Below, in pieces: positions 9,701 through 19,967 of a stretch of 60,830 nt of DNA (the stretch's first letter is position 1; each line of letters opens with the position of its first letter). This DNA is from a virus. Its lineage: Duplodnaviria > Caudoviricetes. Both the position numbers and the translations under genes were made by a program. A model generated the notes under the pieces. That model searched no databases. It was not told where the DNA came from and was given only the letters and a program-made list of their open reading frames with translations. Location: positions 1 through 60,830 of the IMG/VR virus record IMGVR_UViG_3300032053_000074; one strand, 5' to 3'.

Positions 9701-10784
9701 GTTCTATGGCTTTTAACTTTAATACTTCAATCGTCAAATCATTACGGTATTTTGGATTTTTCTTTCCATTTTGATCTCTATTAACAAACACTTTTTTTAG
9801 AGTTTCTGATCTATTCTCATTAGATTCATCGGAATGTATTTTACCATAAAACGGATTATTTTTTCCCTTACGTTCTCCATTCCATTTATGAAATAATCTA
9901 TTTTTATATCCGTTGGATGACTGTATCTTATCAAGTGTGTTTTGTTTGTTTTCTGGCGACCATAATTTATCAGAGATAATTTTACAGTGATATGCTTTAT
10001 GGTCTGATTCTGTCATTATTTGGAGATTATTTGGCAAATTATTATTCTTATCGAAATTCTTATGATGAACCACTTCATTATATTTCAATGGTCTATCGAA
10101 TTGTTCTGCCACAATTTTATGTTCGGATTGCCATCCCTTACTGAAATTATAAATATGTCTATAACCATGACCATAAAAATCTTTTTGATAAAACGGCATC
10201 ACCGATTCCCCCACCTTCAAATCGACAATTTTCTTATATTCTCCATTTCTCATTAAAAACGGGTGTTTTAGGCTTCCAATAACATATTGTCCGTTATCAA
10301 AAGTCACCTTATAACCCATTCGGGTTCCTTTTTTCTTACGAGGATGAAATGCCTTTCCTAATTTTATTGATTTTGACACATGATCATATGAGAATACCCA
10401 AAATCTCTCTTGAGGTTGGTCTTTGTATTTTTCAGAAAGTTCTCTTATAGTTGGACGATTTCCATCCGGCAATGGAATAATGGTATCTGGTCCAACGCAA
10501 TCATAATCACGAAACAAATCCATTCTTGCAGCTTGATAAGATAATGCAAAATCACGAGAATATGCATTATAAGCAGTTGATCTAATTCGATTGAATCTAT
10601 CACGTAACGAATTTCGGTCAGTGGCAAACATGACATTATTAGTGTCCTTTATCTTAATCTGTTTACCACCAACGTTTCTAACAATTACTTCCGTGGAAAA
10701 TAGACTCTTTAATCTTGAAAATAAAGATTGTTTTTTAACATCTATAATCTCGTCTTCAAATGGTTGTAATGATGGTGTTGGCAT
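6711..10784 (-). CDS. Portal vertex protein (T4 gp20-like) with two inteins
   Basis: Spliced exteins give DYD|TMDMDPILSSALDIYADE, RNM|CKYGDFYL, PYGKSMLE, LMEDAMLIHRIMRAPEKRIFY, EDYYIPVRG, ALKIPKAFL. Confidence 0.95.
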   Translation of the reverse strand: MPTPSLQPFEDEIIDVKKQSLFSRLKSLFSTEVIVRNVGGKQIKIKDTNNVMFATDRNSLRDRFNRIRSTAYNAYSRDFALSYQAARMDLFRDYDCVGPDTIIPLPDGNRPTIRELSEKYKDQPQERFWVFSYDHVSKSIKLGKAFHPRKKKGTRMGYKVTFDNGQYVIGSLKHPFLMRNGEYKKIVDLKVGESVMPFYQKDFYGHGYRHIYNFSKGWQSEHKIVAEQFDRPLKYNEVVHHKNFDKNNNLPNNLQIMTESDHKAYHCKIISDKLWSPENKQNTLDKIQSSNGYKNRLFHKWNGERKGKNNPFYGKIHSDESNENRSETLKKVFVNRDQNGKKNPKYRNDLTIEVLKLKAIEHYKKNGKLISWDLIKDIGCDYSVLQNRLTEKFTNWKSFKKEVESTLNHTIVSIESIGQIDVYDVTVEKFANFATDSCIVKNTMDMDPILSSALDIYADECLTYNEMGKMLTVHSSNNNVKEILENLYNDILNVQFNMWSWTRNMPVKYDSYIPLLSGENIRIDDLSNKIKNGEGVWVYSVQDGTNQIVPGKVVWCDKNYTANKIVKITFDDNSFVETSPEHPFILRNGIERCAEDLKENDSLMPFYRKLSPEKGGMNKYEMIYNPGLDKYDFTHRNVAESYGIKTDSINRILHHKNFNKYDNSPTNLIPMEFFDHRRLHADHCKRILHTPEIIEKRKRSIDKYLRSDKIRSKLKTEMWKDPVRRERACENMKSGWTSDRRESASKKMKELRKNGILPNHKVKTVEIINESSDVYCMTVVGPNGEHDRHNFAMCGKDLDGNITKDSGVFVKNCKYGDFYLKLYITPEYGVYMVEPISSYNVERIENADPNNKRYVKFQLRPTDTAQAEVLENYEMAHFRLMSDSNFMPYGKSMLEGARRVWKQLSLMEDAMLIHRIMRAPEKRIFYTDIGNIPPAEVDNYMQKMMDKMKKVPYMDEQSGEYNLRFNLQNMVEDYYIPVRGSDSGTKIDTLGGMEWTGTEDIEYLRNKLMSALKIPKAFLGYEEGISGKATLASEDVRFARTIQRIQRIIANELEKIGIVHLYAQGYRDESLVDFKLELTNPSTIFEKEKLEIWSDKVSVSTDMIENKFFSYEWVYKNIFHMSDDDIKEVKDQVVEDSKQKYRFSKIEEDGDDPAKPFNKIGIGKSGGSEKSDSGGGGGLGGGLGGGGGGGGGGLGDIEDLEGKPGEGEGGEGEGGEGEGEDGKGDEETPPGETKNKEEPEDLVKEIKQKRDQSGEHDARAQHPFGEDPLGSKERLSSPNKNSEGKRKSNFDHNFENDSPFSLKEHRLSTVSMKENKDLISNLSVFLKKSQTDVTQELISENSSKSLMDESNIIHNTK
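7127..7265 (-). repeat. Gly- and Gly/Glu-rich low-complexity tract in the portal C-terminus
   Basis: (cca)n and ccctcaccg repeats on + encoding GGGGGLGGG and GEGEGG. Confidence 0.85.
8349..9269 (-). mobile_element. Portal intein 2 (307 aa, starts with Pro, class-3-like, HNH endonuclease)
   Basis: M|PVKYDS...TSPEHPF...ILHHKNFNKYDNSPTNL...DVYCMTV...VFVKN|C. Confidence 0.85.
9459..10499 (-). mobile_element. Portal intein 1 (347 aa, HNH + NUMOD3-like)
   Basis: D|CVGPDT...SLKHPF...VVHHKNFDKNNN...GKNNPFYGK...DVYDVTV...CIVKN|T. Confidence 0.9.
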
Positions 10785-10826
10785 TATATTATTTCTGTTA
10801 TAGTTTGTAAATGTGTATGTTCTCTA

Positions 10827-10834
10827 TATAAATA
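10827..10834 (-). promoter_or_regulatory. Putative late promoter motif TATTTATA upstream of portal
   Basis: The same motif precedes many structural genes on the coding strand. Confidence 0.55.
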
Positions 10835-10841
10835 GTATCAA

Positions 10842-13772
10842 TTATGATAATAGCCATCTAATATCCTCGGTATTCTGCTTACCGAATCCTTGACGACCAG
10901 TGTTCATTTCCCATGATTTCTGACCATCTCGGACTTGACCTTGTTTATAAACTGGTACATCTTCAGTTTTGCTCTTGTTTATTTGACTGATTCCAGCACG
11001 AGTTAAATCAATTCCTTCTTGTCTCAATCTTAATGCAGTATCCCGCACCCACAGTCCAATTGCTAATGACATTATTAAATCGTCATTATATGGTTCCATC
11101 GCCTGTGCCTTACCCGCCTTCCATATAAATGTACTTAACTCCATAAGCGTTCTTTTCGAAAATATATCAACTGCGGTGTCCCTAAAATACATTTCCAGAT
11201 TATTTATTATAAGTGGACGAGTCTTCATATTGGTACTAAACCCAGGAACCAATTTCTTTTCTTCCGAATCATACCGATTCGATAATTGTCGCTGAACATC
11301 AACATACTTCAGATCTACTGAACTAAAAAATGTATTCTTGTATTCTCGATCCAAAATTGCTTGAAGAGTCGCCCAACCTACGTTTTCCCGTTCTACAATA
11401 AGAATTGCATTATTATATTCCGTCGCCAAGGCTACTAAGAAATTTCCATAATCTTTAGTTCCCAATGATCCTTTATATTCTGCAACTTGAGTTGGAGTAG
11501 TGCAAGTAATGTCTAATACATGACATGCTGAGAAGTCCATAGCATCTCCTCTGGCAACGTCAGCTGAAACAATATATGAATGAGCATAATCTGGATATTG
11601 CCATACCCATAATCCTTTATCCGCTCCTCTAATATCTACAGGATCTTTCTGTTTATTTTTCTTATAAAATTCTACGATATTTAAATCAATAACGTTATCA
11701 CCAGATGCTAGAAAGTTACAGTCATATTCTTGAGAAGCTTTCTTTGCACTTCCTTGCTTTTCACCCTCAACTCGCCTCCATTCTTCATCACGTTCAGGAT
11801 GTAATTGCCACGGCAAAGAAATAGGATGAAATCCATTTTTACCAATTGTTCCATCATTATTTTCTTCCGCCCCCATCCACATTTGATGAAACCAATTACC
11901 AACTCCTCTAGGCGTAGATAATATGATTGCATTACCACCAGTATTATGGTTGACATATCCTTCACAAACAAACCGCTCCACCAACGGAACTTTCAAATCA
12001 TAACTGAAATCGTTGCAGAGGTATCGAATTGAGATTACCTCGTCAAAAAACTCGGAAGTATCTTTCTCATATTGTTTTTTCAACAACTTGTAATTTTCCG
12101 ATGGATGTAATTTGTTTGAAACATCCAACAAGGATTCGACCGATGTAATACTCAGCCCCTTTCCATTGTACCACAAATATCTATCATAAAAACAGTTGTG
12201 TTTCTTTGAAAAATCTCTAATAGACATTCCACTTTCCAAGATGAGATTCTTTACGAGTGTTTTGTCAGGAAAAATTCGTTTAATGGATTTTCTTGATAAT
12301 TTCCGCCATCCTTCTTGTTTTCTTTTCAATCTAAATCCAACGGTAGAATAAAAAGAATGGGCGTCAAATCCACCAATAAACAACTCAAATCCATAAAATG
12401 TTCGTGTTTTATCTTTGATAACGGTAGATTTTGTTGACTTCCACGTTACATCTCGTATGTAACAATTGATTCCCATATTCAACAATATTGCTCTTACGTT
12501 AGAAAGTAGTTCGTAAGAAACAGAGGTAAGTTTAATTCCCTTCGCCCCCAATGAGCACCCGTCCCCATCAAACAATCCTTGGAGAAATGCTACTTGCTCT
12601 TCTTGTGATGCCGACAAAATTTGAGTAGGAACTCGCTTAGTATGTGCCGTTCCTTCACATCCTATCCATTTCAGAAGTTCTTGAACCCACACAGATTGAA
12701 TGTAATAATGTCGTTCATCACTATTTTTGAATCCAATACTTTTTAACCAATTGATTATTTCCTCATCTGTATTGGTAATACCAACGGTTCCTCTTGAAAA
12801 ATGACCTTCTGCTGTCCACAGTCCGGCTAAATAGCAAGTGTCAGTTGAAGATATGTCATACTTTTTACTATCAACCCGAATATCCGGAACGAATTTAGAA
12901 AAATCTATAGATTTTCCGAATACATTTTGATTATATTTACACAAAACAAAGTCTTTATTTTCTTCTATATTATTTACAGATTTCCAGCCGTTTTTAGTCA
13001 TTAGAGGGTGGTCTTTTGTCGCTATCAATCTCCCGCCACTCTTAAACTGAACTTCGTAGAGATCAGATTTTTCCGACATATAAAAAGAAGACGCATAAAC
13101 TAATTCATCTCCGTCATGAACTCTCAATGTTATATCATTAAATCCAATTTTCGTTTGATTATTTATAAGATGTTCCAATCTCATCAGTCCATTTTCAGTT
13201 AGAATCAGTTGAGATTTATCCAGACACGATAATGTCGGTTGTGCCGAAGTCCACAATTCTGCGGCATCATCGATCAATGCTGCTTCATCGATTATCAACA
13301 ATGAAAGTGCTTGTCCAACACCTGATTTCTTAGTAGTAGAAGCAGCCTTAATCTGAGATCCATTTGCAAATTTAAGTGATAATCTATTATCTTCAAGACA
13401 TTTTACCTTTAACCATGATGGCAAATTCTCATTGGCAAATCTGACCTTTGAAATAATATCTTTTGCATCATCTTGTCTCAATGATATAATAAGGATATTC
13501 TTGTCTTTATTGAATATCATAGTCCACAATGAAAATGCGGATACTAGGGTAGAAATACCCATCTGACGGGATTTTAAAATAATATTAAACTTATAATCAT
13601 GGAATGATTTAAGCGTTTCTTCTTGAAATTGAAATAGGTCGAAATTAATTGTTCCTCTTACAGGATGTTGAATTTTTACATAATGCTTCATGAAATATAC
13701 AGGGGAATCTGCACACTTCGAGTATTGTTGCTTAACTATGTCCTGATAACTTAATTCGGGTTTATCAGACAT
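10842..13772 (-). CDS. terL: Terminase large subunit (T4 gp17-like) with intein
   Basis: KSRQMGIST (Walker A), LLIIDEAA (Walker B), LS|TGG..IILSTPRG, SQEYDC, ADVARG, DDLIMS. Confidence 0.95.
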   Translation of the reverse strand: MSDKPELSYQDIVKQQYSKCADSPVYFMKHYVKIQHPVRGTINFDLFQFQEETLKSFHDYKFNIILKSRQMGISTLVSAFSLWTMIFNKDKNILIISLRQDDAKDIISKVRFANENLPSWLKVKCLEDNRLSLKFANGSQIKAASTTKKSGVGQALSLLIIDEAALIDDAAELWTSAQPTLSCLDKSQLILTENGLMRLEHLINNQTKIGFNDITLRVHDGDELVYASSFYMSEKSDLYEVQFKSGGRLIATKDHPLMTKNGWKSVNNIEENKDFVLCKYNQNVFGKSIDFSKFVPDIRVDSKKYDISSTDTCYLAGLWTAEGHFSRGTVGITNTDEEIINWLKSIGFKNSDERHYYIQSVWVQELLKWIGCEGTAHTKRVPTQILSASQEEQVAFLQGLFDGDGCSLGAKGIKLTSVSYELLSNVRAILLNMGINCYIRDVTWKSTKSTVIKDKTRTFYGFELFIGGFDAHSFYSTVGFRLKRKQEGWRKLSRKSIKRIFPDKTLVKNLILESGMSIRDFSKKHNCFYDRYLWYNGKGLSITSVESLLDVSNKLHPSENYKLLKKQYEKDTSEFFDEVISIRYLCNDFSYDLKVPLVERFVCEGYVNHNTGGNAIILSTPRGVGNWFHQMWMGAEENNDGTIGKNGFHPISLPWQLHPERDEEWRRVEGEKQGSAKKASQEYDCNFLASGDNVIDLNIVEFYKKNKQKDPVDIRGADKGLWVWQYPDYAHSYIVSADVARGDAMDFSACHVLDITCTTPTQVAEYKGSLGTKDYGNFLVALATEYNNAILIVERENVGWATLQAILDREYKNTFFSSVDLKYVDVQRQLSNRYDSEEKKLVPGFSTNMKTRPLIINNLEMYFRDTAVDIFSKRTLMELSTFIWKAGKAQAMEPYNDDLIMSLAIGLWVRDTALRLRQEGIDLTRAGISQINKSKTEDVPVYKQGQVRDGQKSWEMNTGRQGFGKQNTEDIRWLLS
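11943..13226 (-). mobile_element. Terminase intein (428 aa, LAGLIDADG endonuclease)
   Basis: S|CLDKSQ...ATKDHPL...YLAGLWTAEG...FLQGLFDGDG...SYDLKV...YVNHN|T. Confidence 0.92.
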
Positions 13773-14415
13773 ATGATTCTAGTTTATTTTTCTTGGCGAG
13801 TGATAAATATTTCTTCTTTTCAGTATTTTTTATCTTAGAAATTTCAGATATTTTGTCCTCTGCCATCTTAAGATCTTTCCTAGCACTATCTAATATCTCA
13901 TCTTTATTAGTAGTCCTCCATCGTTCAATAAATCCTTCAGAATTACAAATAACTTCTACATCTCCCGAATCATTTGTAAAAAATTTAATGACATCCAGTA
14001 ATTTTGTTTTTATATCATTAAGTATCCCTAATTCATATGATGATAATTTATAAAGTTCGTAGTGTGGATATATTCCCAAAATTCTAAGTTTTGTTTCGTA
14101 ATCTATGAGACAATTTGTACATAATCCAGTACGATTGAATAGTTTCCTATCAGAATTGGTACCCCACTTTATATCTTGTCCACATTTGCATTTTTGGGCG
14201 ATAAGTTCACGGATAAATTCTCCTTGAGTTTTGGTAAGACGAACATTTTTACCGTCCTTTCTCTCCCATTCGATTCCTTTAGTATCCGTCCACTTTTCCC
14301 CGTTTGAACGATGTTTTTTCGCATCCCCTACAAACCCAACTTGTATAAACGGACGCACACCTGCGACGTAATCTTTTAAAATATCAATATTGCTTTTTCC
14401 ATTATATTTTTTCAT
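13765..14415 (-). CDS. Phage hypothetical protein (Cys motifs)
   Basis: GEKWTD.KG.EW..KDG, CKC...CTNC; overlaps the terL start. Confidence 0.6.
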   Translation of the reverse strand: MKKYNGKSNIDILKDYVAGVRPFIQVGFVGDAKKHRSNGEKWTDTKGIEWERKDGKNVRLTKTQGEFIRELIAQKCKCGQDIKWGTNSDRKLFNRTGLCTNCLIDYETKLRILGIYPHYELYKLSSYELGILNDIKTKLLDVIKFFTNDSGDVEVICNSEGFIERWRTTNKDEILDSARKDLKMAEDKISEISKIKNTEKKKYLSLAKKNKLESYV

Positions 14416-14462
14416 AACTTATATCTATATATACTTAAGTATAGTCTCGGAATTATAAAATC

Positions 14463-16718
14463 TTAAGAAAGTTCTGTTTTAGTACCACTCGAATCAATAA
14501 ATATTTTACGCCCATGTCCAGATCCATATTTCGCCGATATAGACCTTCCTACTGTAGTAGTAACTCCAGCTATAGTAGATAGTGAGATGTAGTCTGCCTC
14601 ATTATTGGAATTTACGAAATTCTTAAGTTCTATAATATTTGTATGACAAACTTGTCCATCTGTACCCTGTGGGGGATATCGTGGAGGAGTGTGGGTTGGA
14701 TAATGATATGCTAATAGACGTGTATTTACCGAAGGACATGACGATATATTTGGAAGAAACAAACTTTGGGATACGGTCAAACTTCCTTTTATAAATGATA
14801 AATTTCTTGGATCTAAATTTGGATCTCCTATGAATGTGAATAAACTTACCCCGTCTACATCGAATGTCTGAATAGTCTTTAAATCTGAATATACTAAATT
14901 CGAGTTAATATCAAATAATTCGGATCTAATTTGAAATGGTTCCCCCTTTATATTTATTTGAAATGGTATATTACTAAATAAAACATCGGGGGAGAATCCA
15001 TAATCTCCATATACCTTTAATGATAACTCGGATAATGTTATATTACATTGATATGGTATAATTATTAATGTTCCGTAATAATCATTTACAGGAGTAAAAA
15101 ATATCATTTGCTTTTCTGAAAATACCTTTTTATTTGTTATATCTGGAATGAGAATTTCTCCCATTTTTAACCCATATGGTTCTACGTAGGTTTTTTCCAG
15201 TTTCATTGATGGAATCGATCCTGTAAGGTAGAACGAAACCTTGGCATCAACATTATGCTTATTTTTTTCTGCAACAATATTAGTAGAAATAACATATAAC
15301 GTATCCTTTTTTAAACTTATGAAATTTGAATTATAGGATGAACCTGTAATATTATAAAATGATGCGCTATTATATGGAATATATTTCTCATCATTTATTG
15401 TACCGGCAGAATCCGCTTTAGCAATTATATATTTCGTTCCATCCATGTCTGCATAATTCGGAGAGGCAATTCTAACTGCATTTATATAAGGTGTAGTAGA
15501 ATGTGAGAGTTGTACTGAGTTAGAACTAGTATACCAGTATTTATTAATATGTCTTTGATTATAAAACTCTCCAATTAAATTATATGTTTTATTATTAGTT
15601 ACTGGATCTATTAAAAGTTCTCTTGCTCCAAGAGGTTCGTCCACTACTAATTGAAAATCACCTGGGTATATTAAGCTTTTACGATATAATTTATGACGGG
15701 CTACAAATCCAGAAAATGTACGTATATTTCTATAAACTACTTCAGCGTATGATTGCTTTCCATACACAAGAAGTCCAGTTTCGGAATTAGTATATTTTAA
15801 ATAAGCATCAGATGCCGTATTATATGCTACCCATGTATATGAGGATGTAAGTTCGCCATGATTTATACTAGAGATAATTTGATCTTTTCCATAACTTATA
15901 TAAAGTGGTTCTGCAACTTGGATAGTACTACTGTTTAAAACCTTTTTAATTTTAAATGATTGGGTTATATCTGTAGATGTATCACTATATGAAAATGGAC
16001 TCTGTATTGTATTTACAAATACAGTAATATTCTGTCCTTCCATTTGAGTATTAAATGATGTAGTAGGATATAATGTAGGTTGTGATTGATCGACTGGAGT
16101 GTTAAAAGTTATCCTATAATCAATATCTGTTTTCTTAGAATCAATATTAATCTTATTCTCATCTTTTTTTGGAATTAACGGAAGAGAATAAACACTCCCC
16201 TCAATTGAGATAGTTTTTGTTAATTCACTGGCGGCTTCATTTGTAACAACTGGATATAAAACACCACGACATTCTAGTGATGGTTTATTATAAAATCTAA
16301 CTTTAGAGGTATTTTGTAACGTCTTATCAATCGCTATGTTACCTATCCATCGAACGCTCTCTCCTTTTTTTGTTGTACCAACAAAAATTAATTTACCATT
16401 TCCATTATACGCTTCATTATAGATGTGAATTGATATAATAAAGTTAGAAACATCGGTATATGATACATTTCCCTTTGGTCGTTCTATATACATAGAATTT
16501 CCTTCTGAATCCAAACATTCTATCAGTATCTCACTGCCAGATTTAAGAAGCGAAGAACCATTAAAAGAAACGGGGTTTTTTCCACTAGTTAATACAGAAT
16601 CAAATTCGGATATAACAAAATACTTTGATAAATGAGAAGTATCATTAATATCAACTTTCAGGACATCTAATCCTAGATTAATCCCACGTTTACCGAAACT
16701 TGATAATAATTTTGACAT
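14463..16718 (-). CDS. Putative virion structural protein
   Basis: 751 aa, beta-rich with S/T/Y/N composition. Confidence 0.5.
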   Translation of the reverse strand: MSKLLSSFGKRGINLGLDVLKVDINDTSHLSKYFVISEFDSVLTSGKNPVSFNGSSLLKSGSEILIECLDSEGNSMYIERPKGNVSYTDVSNFIISIHIYNEAYNGNGKLIFVGTTKKGESVRWIGNIAIDKTLQNTSKVRFYNKPSLECRGVLYPVVTNEAASELTKTISIEGSVYSLPLIPKKDENKINIDSKKTDIDYRITFNTPVDQSQPTLYPTTSFNTQMEGQNITVFVNTIQSPFSYSDTSTDITQSFKIKKVLNSSTIQVAEPLYISYGKDQIISSINHGELTSSYTWVAYNTASDAYLKYTNSETGLLVYGKQSYAEVVYRNIRTFSGFVARHKLYRKSLIYPGDFQLVVDEPLGARELLIDPVTNNKTYNLIGEFYNQRHINKYWYTSSNSVQLSHSTTPYINAVRIASPNYADMDGTKYIIAKADSAGTINDEKYIPYNSASFYNITGSSYNSNFISLKKDTLYVISTNIVAEKNKHNVDAKVSFYLTGSIPSMKLEKTYVEPYGLKMGEILIPDITNKKVFSEKQMIFFTPVNDYYGTLIIIPYQCNITLSELSLKVYGDYGFSPDVLFSNIPFQINIKGEPFQIRSELFDINSNLVYSDLKTIQTFDVDGVSLFTFIGDPNLDPRNLSFIKGSLTVSQSLFLPNISSCPSVNTRLLAYHYPTHTPPRYPPQGTDGQVCHTNIIELKNFVNSNNEADYISLSTIAGVTTTVGRSISAKYGSGHGRKIFIDSSGTKTELS

Positions 16719-16757
16719 ATGTATTTATAAGCGTTTGCCTACAAATACATATATGAT

Positions 16758-19700
16758 TCATTCAAAAATAACTTTACTAAAGTTGCCTTCTTGTGTTATT
16801 TCTATGGTTTTATCAACGGAATCTTTCAATGCTTCTAAATGAGATATGACGATAACAAAGTCGAAATAATTCTTTAATAGAGAAAATAGTGTATGCATTG
16901 ACGCAAGATTGTCTGGATCTAAAGTCCCGAACCCCTCATCAATTTGCAAATTGTTGCATTTAGGTAAATTCGAAATTTCTGTCAATGCAACTCGAATTGC
17001 TAACGAAGCAACAAATCTTTCGAACCCCGAAGTCAATTCAATTGGCCAACGTCCGTAGTCATAAACTACATACGGAATAATATTCTTTCCATCTGTTTCG
17101 AATTGGATAGTATAATCTACCACTTGATTTAGAATGGAATTTACCTCCCGTTCTATTTCTGGAACGGTATTACATATAATCTGATATGGAACACCATCTC
17201 TCCCAATAGATTCCAAATAACTCTTATATGAATTAGATTCATTTTCCAAATTAGTAACTTCTTCAATTGTAACAGTAAGATCGTTTATTTTATTTTTTAA
17301 TAATTCTATTTTGACAGATATATCCATCAATAATCTATTCTGCTTCCTAAATTCTATATCTAAATGTGTCAAATTATTTCTATAATTTGAAATTTTAGTG
17401 TTTATTTTTTCATTCTCTTCCACAGAAATTCGGTTTCTATGATAAAGTTCAATGTTTGTATTTTCTATATTTATAGATGATTCCACCTTCTCCAATGCAT
17501 TTGTAATTATAATTATATTATTGTTTAATGATGCACATTCATCTTTTAGTTTACCATACTCACTCAGAAATTTGGTATAAAAACTATAGGATTCTTCAAC
17601 CCATTTATATTTTTCAAAGTCACATTTAAGATTACTTAATTCAGATAACAATTTATCTGCCTCGATCTTATCATTTTCCAACTCTGATTTTGCTTTAGTA
17701 GCATCTTGAACAAATGAGTTGTTATTACAATATTTGCAATTAGGGTCATACTGATGTTTGTCAAGTCTCTCAACTTTCTCAATCTTTCCCTTTACTTGAA
17801 CCTTTTTAATATCAATTTTTTGTTCAACATCTATTATTTTATCATTGAGTATTTTATAGGTCTTATGACTTTCCACTAAATTTGATGATTCTATTTTAGA
17901 AATGCTTTCCCTCACCCTAGATACTAAACCTTCCTTTTCACTTAAAAGTTTCTGTAATCCTTCTAGTTTTGTATTATACTCTTTATAAGAAGTTTCCGAA
18001 GTCTTCTTTCTTAGCTCTAATGCAGGTAAATTTGTAGGGACATTGTTATCTAATTTTATAAGATTTGAAGATTCTGCAATTATTTGCTCATTAACATCTG
18101 AACTTAATTTTATTAAAGATTCTACTTCTTTATTTATATCACTATGTTCGGAAATTGAGTTATCAAGTGAAATCTTAGTATTTTTTATTTCCTCAGTATA
18201 ATTTTTATCCTTATGTAATTTCAACAAAGAATTCAATTCTTTATTTCTATCACCGGCGGATTCATATAATTTATCAAATATATTAAGTCCTATGAATTGA
18301 ACTAAAAGATCTTTCCGTTCACTGTTTCCTATATCAATAAACGAACTATTATTTTTTGCATTTTGAAATGATGCAGATGTTAAAATGAAATCCTCGTATG
18401 TGCCAATATAATCACGTATAATATCATTCGTGTCCCTCCTTGCTGTTCCATGCAATTCTTCCTCAATCCCATCAACAACTTTCCAGAATTTAACATCCAC
18501 TTTAACATTTCCACTTTTGGCAGAAAGTGATCCCTTTCGTTCGATAAAATATCTAACACCTGCTATTTCAAATTCCAGTTTACATTTAAACGATGTCTTC
18601 TGAACATTGAGAACATGTACACCTTTGAATCCTCTATCGAATTTATCAAATAAACAAAATATTATCGCTGACAATATACTGGATTTACCACATCGATTTG
18701 GACCAAATATTCCATAAATTCCATTCATCTGAGTAAAATCTAATACATTATTTTCACCATATGTAAACATATTATCAAATTCAAATCGAATAGGTTTCCA
18801 TTTCAAATTACGAGCAAATTCGTCATGCTTAATTAATGTATTGGTGTGTCTGTTAATTGATAATATACTATCAATTGTAGATTGCTCAGTTATTAATAGT
18901 TTTTTATTGAGAAATTCAGATATAATGCGATTTTGGTAATCTATATTTGTTAAATCGGTAAGTATAATATCAGTGCAAATTGAAATAACATCCTTCTTTT
19001 CCTGTACCTTATCCATCCTCATGTGTACAACTTCTATGACTTGTGTTAGTTCCTTTACCTTAGAAATAACAGACTTTACTTCCGATGCTATACTTTCATA
19101 ACACTTGATACGCAATCTTACTTTATTGGGAAGATTTGATATGTCAGATGTTAAGTGTCCCTTATTAATTTCAATTGTAACATACCCATAATCATTTTTA
19201 ATTTCGTGATGAGTATATGAATGATTAGACAAATCCCATAAACTATATCCATGTCCATTTAATGATTCACCATGATTCTGTTGAATTAGGCTACCCGCAT
19301 ATCTTATACAGGGTTTATTTTCATCAGGAGAATATGATTGCATATCTTGCATTTTATGTATGTCTCCTAATAATGCAATATGATGATTGTCAAATAATGG
19401 ATTCATTATTGAGGGATTGCTTATAGAATATCCACTGTCCAATGACGCATTATCTACTGCCCCATGGAATAGTGCAATGATATGGTCATATTGATTCTTA
19501 TAAATCGCAGGAATATCTTCACCCCTAATGTATTTTTCAGGTGGGTCGAACACACCCATATTATTGAAAAGTATATTTCCAAATCCATATAACCCTGTAG
19601 TCTTCAAGTAATATAAATTGGGATGATTCACCGCATCAACAACTGGAGTAAGACTATCCAATCTGCTTTTGTTAGATAAAGTTGCGTCATGATTTCCTGC

Positions 19701-19967
19701 AATTAAGATGAGTGGACGTAAGTCTGCAATATTCTTAAATAAGTCAGCTGCCATTTGAACACATTCTGGACTTAGATCGGACTTAGAATGAAATATATCT
19801 CCTAATAATGCAATAACAGTTGTTTCTGGACTCTGTTTTATTTGTTCATAAAGAAGTTCAAATACCTCTTTATATTCATCATGACGCTTATTCAATCTTA
19901 TGTGAATATCAGCAACATGAATAATATGCGTGAACTTTTTAATTGAATGATTTAATATATTTATCAT
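16758..19967 (-). CDS. Fused Mre11/SbcD nuclease and Rad50/SbcC ATPase (gp47-gp46-like)
   Basis: ADIH, LGD, GNHD, FHG, LGDIH phosphoesterase motifs; then GPNRCGKS, coiled coil with CKYC hook, TSGFE signature, IDEGFGTLD, ISH. Confidence 0.92.
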   Translation of the reverse strand: MINILNHSIKKFTHIIHVADIHIRLNKRHDEYKEVFELLYEQIKQSPETTVIALLGDIFHSKSDLSPECVQMAADLFKNIADLRPLILIAGNHDATLSNKSRLDSLTPVVDAVNHPNLYYLKTTGLYGFGNILFNNMGVFDPPEKYIRGEDIPAIYKNQYDHIIALFHGAVDNASLDSGYSISNPSIMNPLFDNHHIALLGDIHKMQDMQSYSPDENKPCIRYAGSLIQQNHGESLNGHGYSLWDLSNHSYTHHEIKNDYGYVTIEINKGHLTSDISNLPNKVRLRIKCYESIASEVKSVISKVKELTQVIEVVHMRMDKVQEKKDVISICTDIILTDLTNIDYQNRIISEFLNKKLLITEQSTIDSILSINRHTNTLIKHDEFARNLKWKPIRFEFDNMFTYGENNVLDFTQMNGIYGIFGPNRCGKSSILSAIIFCLFDKFDRGFKGVHVLNVQKTSFKCKLEFEIAGVRYFIERKGSLSAKSGNVKVDVKFWKVVDGIEEELHGTARRDTNDIIRDYIGTYEDFILTSASFQNAKNNSSFIDIGNSERKDLLVQFIGLNIFDKLYESAGDRNKELNSLLKLHKDKNYTEEIKNTKISLDNSISEHSDINKEVESLIKLSSDVNEQIIAESSNLIKLDNNVPTNLPALELRKKTSETSYKEYNTKLEGLQKLLSEKEGLVSRVRESISKIESSNLVESHKTYKILNDKIIDVEQKIDIKKVQVKGKIEKVERLDKHQYDPNCKYCNNNSFVQDATKAKSELENDKIEADKLLSELSNLKCDFEKYKWVEESYSFYTKFLSEYGKLKDECASLNNNIIIITNALEKVESSINIENTNIELYHRNRISVEENEKINTKISNYRNNLTHLDIEFRKQNRLLMDISVKIELLKNKINDLTVTIEEVTNLENESNSYKSYLESIGRDGVPYQIICNTVPEIEREVNSILNQVVDYTIQFETDGKNIIPYVVYDYGRWPIELTSGFERFVASLAIRVALTEISNLPKCNNLQIDEGFGTLDPDNLASMHTLFSLLKNYFDFVIVISHLEALKDSVDKTIEITQEGNFSKVIFE

